Shown here: piece after piece, positions 58,893-64,000 of the stretch
How positions within the stretch are numbered: position 1 is the stretch's first letter
Layout: each line of letters opens with the position of its first letter
Position numbers and translations under genes: made by a program
The notes under the pieces: generated by a model
Seen by the model: the letters and a program-made list of their open reading frames with translations, nothing else
Database searches by the model: none
What the model was told of the DNA's origin: nothing
IMG/VR virus record: IMGVR_UViG_3300045921_000463
Location: 16,457-80,456 of that record
DNA: 64,000 bases
Reading direction: 5' to 3' (one strand)
DNA from: a virus

Positions 58893-59276
58893 TTATTGTA
58901 TCGGAAAGACGATTGTCGTTTTCCTCGAAAATGCAGCATCGTTGAGTGCCACGACAATATACGGATTCTCGCCGCACCAGAATACCACGAGCACATCGCA
59001 CGAGTCGATGATCGTGCGGTTGCGTGCCATGAACGCCTTTTCGTGTCCGAGCGTCTTGATTTTCGGTATTACCTTTTCGAAGTCCATGCCGTGTCGGTTT
59101 GCATAATCTATCGCAAACGTCTCCGGCCCCCGACCGCCGCCGGAAATGATGACGGCGTTCTTTCCGCGATCAGGACACATTCCCATGATGGCACGTGTAA
59201 GACACGAATCCACATACTCCCTGTCCTCGAATACGCTTCCGTTTCTGCTTCTGCTCGTGATGATGCCGAATTTCAT
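58893..59276 (-). CDS. SLOG (YspA-like) protein
   Basis: IISGGGRGPE, RNRTIIDSCDVLVVFW. Confidence 0.75.
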   Translation of the reverse strand: MKFGIITSRSRNGSVFEDREYVDSCLTRAIMGMCPDRGKNAVIISGGGRGPETFAIDYANRHGMDFEKVIPKIKTLGHEKAFMARNRTIIDSCDVLVVFWCGENPYIVVALNDAAFSRKTTIVFPIQ

Positions 59277-59317
59277 CCTTGTCTAGTCCCGTAAGGTAGA
59301 ACCTTGAACAATGTATA

Positions 59318-59880
59318 TCAACGGTTGTCCATTATCAAGTTTGCGTTGGCGAGGGTATCCGAAACAGGAACTACTGCCGTCTCTCCCTCGTTCAAGGCCA
59401 AAAAGTTATGCTTGTATTCTGACGGATAAGGGGCAAGCAGCATCACATGTTTCACAAGAATATCGACACACCGCCCGGAGCGCGGAAGCTCGCCAAGCGT
59501 TTTGGCACTTGCGTGATAATTCCCCTCCTCATCGACTTGCAATACGATTTTCACCAGAACCCTGTCCTTTGGCTTCCGGTGAACCGCATCGCGCAGCGGC
59601 CACAGGGTCTGCACGTTCTTGCCTGTGCGCGCATCTCTTTTCAATCGCGAACTGTCCGAATGCACCAACCCCATGTCGATCAGTTCGCGTACGCGCGCCG
59701 TCGCCGAAGTTCCGCGCAGTCCGCAGCCGCGCGTCACGTCGCTCCTGCAACAGCCCGGATTCTGCACTATGAACTGCCAAACATCGAAAAGTTGTCCTTG
59801 CAGATGCGGATTCCGCACCGCCGTTTCCGTTTCCCACTCGGGAGTAGCCTGATTGACATAGGATGTCATGTTATCCATCG
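59318..59880 (-). CDS. Winged-HTH protein (start approximate)
   Basis: VWQFI..NPG..RSDV...GLRGTSATARVRELIDMGLV. Confidence 0.65.
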
Positions 59881-60234
59881 CTTCGCAGATTTGCATATGG
59901 AAAGATATGCTTTTACGACAGCGTACGCAAGCGAAGTATCGGTAACTGCTGCACAAAACGACTTTCTGCTCGCCGGATAATTCTTCCAGTCGAGAACTTC
60001 TGTAAAAGACAGAAAGACACGAAAACAACGATGGTGCGGATAATTCGCCTGCAACGTTTCAACACGAGCATCGAACCGCAGGCATACAGCCTCCATGATG
60101 TTCACGTCATTTACATGAGACACACCAAGTTTTCGTCCGATCAAAAGCATCAGTTTTGTGGAATCTGTTTCCAGAAGATCGAAAGCATCGTCGATTTCGG
60201 ACTTGCGTCTGAAACGAAGTTTGCGGACAGCCAT
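59866..60234 (-). CDS. Hypothetical protein (start MAVRKL)
   Basis: Fills the gap; ATG directly follows a palindrome copy. Confidence 0.5.
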   Translation of the reverse strand: MAVRKLRFRRKSEIDDAFDLLETDSTKLMLLIGRKLGVSHVNDVNIMEAVCLRFDARVETLQANYPHHRCFRVFLSFTEVLDWKNYPASRKSFCAAVTDTSLAYAVVKAYLSICKSAKRWIT

Positions 60235-60342
60235 TATAACCCCGTTATAGACAAGCAAAACGACCGGCACAACAGACGGTCGCCACGCAGCGTTCGTGCA
60301 ATACGCGAGGTCATGCCGAGTTTGATTAGTCAATAGATAGCA

Positions 60343-61149
60343 TCACAGGCGCACAGCCTGAATGTGTTGGTAATCGTAGTTTCTCCGACGACCGAGAGAC
60401 ACCCACCCTTCCTCTTCCCATATGCGCCACCACATGTCGTATTGCGGACGCGCGAGCCATGCCTTGTCGCCACCCGCTCGCAAAGGATTCATTTCGGGAT
60501 CGATGTCGATGGCCGCAGCCACCGCATGAACCGACAGCCGCGTACCGCCCCGCATCAGCCTGTTGTTGTAGCATCCCCCGAAAAGATCGAGGCGAAGCCG
60601 CCTTACCTCGTCGTACCCGTAATGGTCGAGCACCTTTTTCAGACACTGCATCATGCTGTCGGCGCATCGCTTGTTGACAACAATACGGTTGACCGTTGTA
60701 TTCGTGTCCCACGCCAGCCGCATCGGATACGGAAGCTCTCGTGTCACGTTATTCTCGCCGGGTTTGCCGTAAAATGCGATCATGTCCCTGTAAAGAGGCC
60801 ACCGACCTTCCGTTTTCGTATCGCCATCCACGCCCCGCAGATGGTTCTGCCAAAGCTCGATGGCATACTCTGTAGCGGGACCGTAAAGGCCGTCGATCCT
60901 GCCGCGATACCATCCATTCCTTGCGAAGAAGTGCTGATTTACAGCCAGTCTCTGTCTTTCATAAGAAAACACGATATGCCCGTGGTCGCTCCATTCGCCG
61001 TCGATACCGTGCATGACATCTACATATTGTCGTACCGCGCGTTGCGTCATCGGACCCTCGACGCCATCGACAGCACCCCCGTAAAATCCGCCGACCTGCA
61101 AGTACCGCTGCAAGTCGAATGACGACATGCCCTTGTATCGCGAGTTCAT
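60343..61149 (-). CDS. M15 peptidase endolysin with peptidoglycan-binding domains
   Basis: Two DG..GP.T PG-binding repeats; R.MRGG..SVHA...AIDID; DYQHIQ. Confidence 0.9.
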   Translation of the reverse strand: MNSRYKGMSSFDLQRYLQVGGFYGGAVDGVEGPMTQRAVRQYVDVMHGIDGEWSDHGHIVFSYERQRLAVNQHFFARNGWYRGRIDGLYGPATEYAIELWQNHLRGVDGDTKTEGRWPLYRDMIAFYGKPGENNVTRELPYPMRLAWDTNTTVNRIVVNKRCADSMMQCLKKVLDHYGYDEVRRLRLDLFGGCYNNRLMRGGTRLSVHAVAAAIDIDPEMNPLRAGGDKAWLARPQYDMWWRIWEEEGWVSLGRRRNYDYQHIQAVRL

Positions 61150-61163
61150 CTGTTTTCTCCCGT

Positions 61164-61382
61164 TCAGAAGTTTTTCCGCAACCACCACGCTGCCACGTAA
61201 AGCTCGATTTCGTCGTCCTCAACTCCGTTTTCAAGCGTTTCGACACTATCGGGATGCAACACCGATTTCGGTACCCATACTTCTATCATTTTTCCATGTT
61301 CGTCATGTTCGAAGCTCACGCATACTGCATTAGGTGTCTCCCTGTGCAATATGCACAGAAATCCGTAATATTTCGTTTTCAT
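61164..61382 (-). CDS. Small hypothetical protein
   Basis: ET..AV, WVPKS motif, GAGGT SD. Confidence 0.6.
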   Translation of the reverse strand: MKTKYYGFLCILHRETPNAVCVSFEHDEHGKMIEVWVPKSVLHPDSVETLENGVEDDEIELYVAAWWLRKNF

Positions 61383-61442
61383 GCCGCAGACCTCATGTTA
61401 AAAATATGATAGCATATGCACACGAGCAAGTAAACGATAAGC

Positions 61443-61979
61443 TCATCGTCCAGAAAATACGCGGGGCCACCCTTTGTAATACTCGTGAGTGCAGCCGCGA
61501 TCAAAGCGGTACCACGCAGCGTCCTCGAAGCCCGATTTTCCGTTCTGCAACCAGCTTATACGTCCAACCGGAACGAAATCCGACATGTATTTCATTGAAT
61601 TCGTACAAAATCGCTCGTTATTTACCAGTGCAGACGACAAAAGCAGCCAGGTCGGTCTCAAAAGCGTAAAGTGTTCGATCATTTCCCTGAGAAGATTTTC
61701 CTTCCACGGGGGATTGGTGATAATGAGTTCTGCACCGTTCAGGTGTCTTTCTTCAAGCTGACGAAAGTCTAGTCGAACTATACTGGAATGTTGCGGTTCG
61801 ATGTCGTATTTCGCAACACAGCGAGCCACGGGTTTCAACGCTCTCACAAGGTGGTTGCCGCCCGCGCACGGTTCGCAGTAGGTCATTCCCCTGACATATC
61901 GGTAAAGAGGTAAAGCCGCCTTGAGCGGAGTAGGATAGTAATCTCTTTCGTGGCGCTCGAAGTCTGACCTTTTTCCCAT
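61443..61979 (-). CDS. DNA N6-adenine (amino) methyltransferase
   Basis: DYYPTP, EPCAG, IITNPPW. Confidence 0.85.
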   Translation of the reverse strand: MGKRSDFERHERDYYPTPLKAALPLYRYVRGMTYCEPCAGGNHLVRALKPVARCVAKYDIEPQHSSIVRLDFRQLEERHLNGAELIITNPPWKENLLREMIEHFTLLRPTWLLLSSALVNNERFCTNSMKYMSDFVPVGRISWLQNGKSGFEDAAWYRFDRGCTHEYYKGWPRVFSGR

Positions 61980-62006
61980 TTGCTGTGCTCCTTTTGTAGG
62001 CGGGAT

Positions 62007-62035
62007 AAGGTAGCACGTTGTCCTTGCGTGCGCAA
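62007..62035 (-). promoter_or_regulatory. Sigma70-type promoter for the MTase operon
   Basis: TTGCGC-N17-TACCTT. Confidence 0.5.
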
Positions 62036-62077
62036 TAAGATACCGCTTCTATAACCAAGTTATAGTTCTTTACGTTT

Positions 62078-62452
62078 TAGATTTTTAGTATTCTAGATTT
62101 TTAGTATTCTAGATTTTTAGTATTCTAGATTTTTATACTACTTTTTACATATTTTTTCTAAAATTTTCGATACTATAAATAGTGCAGACTTTATTTTAGA
62201 TTCTTTATCTAGAATTTTTCAGACTTCATTTTACATATTCTTCCTAAAATTTTTAAGACTCTATTTTAGATTTTTCAAATAAAATTTTTTAAGACTTTAT
62301 TTTAGATTTTTCAAATAAAATTTTCGATACTATAAATAGTGCAGAGTCTATTTTAGATTTTTCAAATAAAATTTTCCAGACTCTATTTTAGATTTTTCAA
62401 ATAAAATTTTTTAAGACTTTATTTTAGATTTTTCAAATAAAATTTTCCAGAC
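62078..62452. repeat. AT-rich repeat array
   Basis: 16-bp TAGATTTTTAGTATTC x3.6 (62078-62135); about 35-bp AGACTYTATTTTAGATTTTTCAAATAAAATTTT x5; AAATTTTCGATACTATAAATAGTGCAGA x2. Confidence 0.92.
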
Positions 62453-62548
62453 ATATTGTGTTAGTGGGGGGGTGTTTTGGTGATTCGCTGAATTAATTAA
62501 GCCGGGGTATCCCCGGCTTAATTAGAGGCTGGAATTGTCGATATTGCG

Positions 62549-62908
62549 CTAGACGAATTGCGGCAGGCAAACGCAGAGTGTATCCCCGGCGCCGTGTTGC
62601 AATATGAGGCAAGCGATTTCCCCGCGCGGCATATCGCGCAAATGCGCAATGTCGAGCAGATAATCCGGAATCGAGCAATTATTGGCTTGAATAAAACCGT
62701 CCGTGAAGGGCGGAATATCGGGGGCGTGGACGTAAAAGGCACGCGCGAGATAGGTGTTTTTGATGATTTCCGGCAAAGAATGCGCGATTTCGATATTGAA
62801 GACGTTAGCCGCAATCGCGCGAATCGCGGAATCGGTTTCCGCGATATGTTCGGGCGCGGTGGAAAAAAAGAGGAAGTTGCAAGTAAGGCCGGGCGGATAG
62901 TTGCGCAT
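62549..62908 (-). CDS. Hypothetical protein
   Basis: Co-oriented with neighbours; natural amino-acid composition. Confidence 0.5.
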   Translation of the reverse strand: MRNYPPGLTCNFLFFSTAPEHIAETDSAIRAIAANVFNIEIAHSLPEIIKNTYLARAFYVHAPDIPPFTDGFIQANNCSIPDYLLDIAHLRDMPRGEIACLILQHGAGDTLCVCLPQFV

Positions 62909-62982
62909 GACGGGATTCCGTGGTTAGAGGTTGAAAATGAATCGCGCGCGGGGTTAGCCCGCGCGCGACGATTGCGATTAGA

Positions 62983-63693
62983 TTAGACCGGCTTGCGAGT
63001 GCCGAGATAACGCGAGTCGGCCCGCGCGCGATCCGTGGCGTGCAGGCGGTTCCCGTTATCGGAAACGGCGAGAAACCCCGCTTTGACGAGACGATTGATG
63101 GCGCCCGCGTCCGTGGCTTTCGCCGAACCCGAGTAGTAGGGATTCCGGCGCTTGCCGCTGCCCGCATCGGTGCCCGCCGCATGGATTTCCGCGAGGGTCG
63201 CGGAATCCCCGCGCGGCCGCATGACGGAACCGAAGAAATAGAGGAAAGCAGAGTCGCGATCGCTGAAAGTGCCGAAATTGGTGCGGCAGGCCGCGACCGT
63301 GTCGGCATCCCGAGTCGCCGTGCGGTAGGTGATTGCTTCCGCCGCCGCCGCTTCCGCCGCCGCCGCCGCTTCCGCCGCTTTCGCCGCCGCCGCTTCCGCC
63401 GCTTCCGCCGCTTCCGCCGCTTCCGCCGCTTTCGTGGCTTTGATTGCCGCCGCTTCCGCTTCCGCCGCTTCCGCTTCCGCCGCCGCCGCTTCCGCCGCCG
63501 CTTCCGCCGCTTTCGCCGCCGCTTCCGCCGCTTCCGGCGCTTTCGCCGCCGCTTCCGCCGCTTTCGCCGCCGCTTCCGCCGCAATTTGATCGGATTCGAT
63601 AGCGGAGTCGGCAGCTTGGATCGCGGCCCGGCGCGATTCCGCTTTCGATGGAACCGCTTTAGCGCGCGGCTTGCGCTTAGAGTCGTTAAGCAT
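62983..63693 (-). CDS. Ala/Glu-rich helical linker protein with C-terminal wHTH-like domain
   Basis: About 80-aa A/E/K tract; TLAEIH..GAINRLVKAGFL..L..T; promoter upstream. Confidence 0.65.
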   Translation of the reverse strand: MLNDSKRKPRAKAVPSKAESRRAAIQAADSAIESDQIAAEAAAKAAEAAAKAPEAAEAAAKAAEAAAEAAAAEAEAAEAEAAAIKATKAAEAAEAAEAAEAAAAKAAEAAAAAEAAAAEAITYRTATRDADTVAACRTNFGTFSDRDSAFLYFFGSVMRPRGDSATLAEIHAAGTDAGSGKRRNPYYSGSAKATDAGAINRLVKAGFLAVSDNGNRLHATDRARADSRYLGTRKPV

Positions 63694-63759
63694 GAGAGCC
63701 CCCGATTAGGCTAAGGTTAAGGTTAGGCGAGCCGGGAAGTGAGCCCCGGCACGCAAGGC

Positions 63760-63790
63760 ATTATATAGGGCGCGCCGCGCCGCGATGCAA
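63760..63790 (-). promoter_or_regulatory. Sigma70-type promoter
   Basis: TTGCAT then TATATAAT at 17-19 bp spacing. Confidence 0.55.
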
Positions 63791-63819
63791 GCGAGTTGTG
63801 CGCTATAACCGGTTATAAG

Positions 63820-64000
63820 CCGGGCCGCGCCGGGCCGCGCCGGGTGCCGCAGGTGCCGCCTGGTGGCACGGGCCGCGCCGGGTGCCGCTGGGCGCGCCGG
63901 GTGCCGCTGGGCGCGCCGGGTGCCGCTGGGCGCGCCGGGTGCCGCTGGGCGCGCCGGGTGCCGCTGGGCGCGCCGGGTGCCGCTGGGCGCGCTGGGTGCC
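63820..64000. repeat. GC-rich tandem repeats running off the window end
   Basis: 10-bp CGGGCCGCGC x2, then 19-bp GCCGGGTGCCGCTGGGCGC x6.5 from 63877. Confidence 0.95.

Larger units (their letters stand above)
263..63815. repeat. Dispersed palindrome TAAC-N2/3-GTTA (28 exact copies counted)
   Basis: Starts at 263, 3348, 4467, 7608, 9666, 10512, 13378, 15660, 17723, 18297, 20709, 22317, 24280, 25521, 31383, 32911, 35208, 37279, 43279, 46414, 48453, 50210, 52404, 55750, 58885, 60237, 62052, 63806. Confidence 0.9.

Noticed and set aside
247-59294. Long plus-strand ORFs (e.g. 247-1293, 33688-34626, 40243-41607, 50794-52116, 58314-59294)
   Set aside because: Antisense shadows of well-supported minus-strand genes; no recognisable motifs
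62174-62340. T4-type late promoter TATAAATA (two copies)
   Set aside because: Lies inside an AT-rich repeat, points opposite to the genes, and no gp55-like sigma factor is seen
62078-62452. Possible CRISPR array (about 35-bp repeats)
   Set aside because: Repeats are directly tandem without unique spacers; no cas operon, and the Cas4-like gene belongs to the recombination block
62805-63714. Poly-Arg ORFs (62805-63584 minus, 63040-63714 plus) as protamine-like proteins
   Set aside because: Alternative frames of the Ala/Glu microrepeat; the 62983-63693 frame has a promoter, an SD-like sequence and a plausible domain

Overview
A 64-kb, near-complete segment of a tailed dsDNA phage (siphovirus-type). 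The host is probably an alphaproteobacterium, judged from the GTA-like baseplate genes and DUF2793 fibre. Essentially all real genes are on the minus strand. In transcription order (right to left): a repeat-rich, compositionally odd end region (62-64 kb); adenine MTase, M15 endolysin, SLOG, glycosyltransferase and ParB-like genes; terminase, portal, protease, capsid, neck, tail tube, frameshifted tail chaperone and tape measure; two Dit paralogs, hub, NlpC/P60, megatron and fibres; lysis cassette; C5-MTase; a Ycf46-type AAA/DUF1257/DUF2997 module; tRNA-Arg(UCU); and a replication/recombination block (initiator-like gene plus origin-like repeats, DnaB, UDG-PolA with an intein, ThyX, primase, SSB, SF2 helicase, RecA, nucleases). 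The most striking unexplained signal is a palindrome, TAAC-N2/3-GTTA (usually [AG]TAAC-N2/3-GTTAT). I counted 28 exact copies by eye, spread roughly every 2 kb across the window in both intergenic and coding DNA. Other highlights are a probable antisense counter-transcript over the initiator leader and the AT-rich/G-rich repeat arrays at the right end. All protein calls come from motif recognition only; no searches were run.
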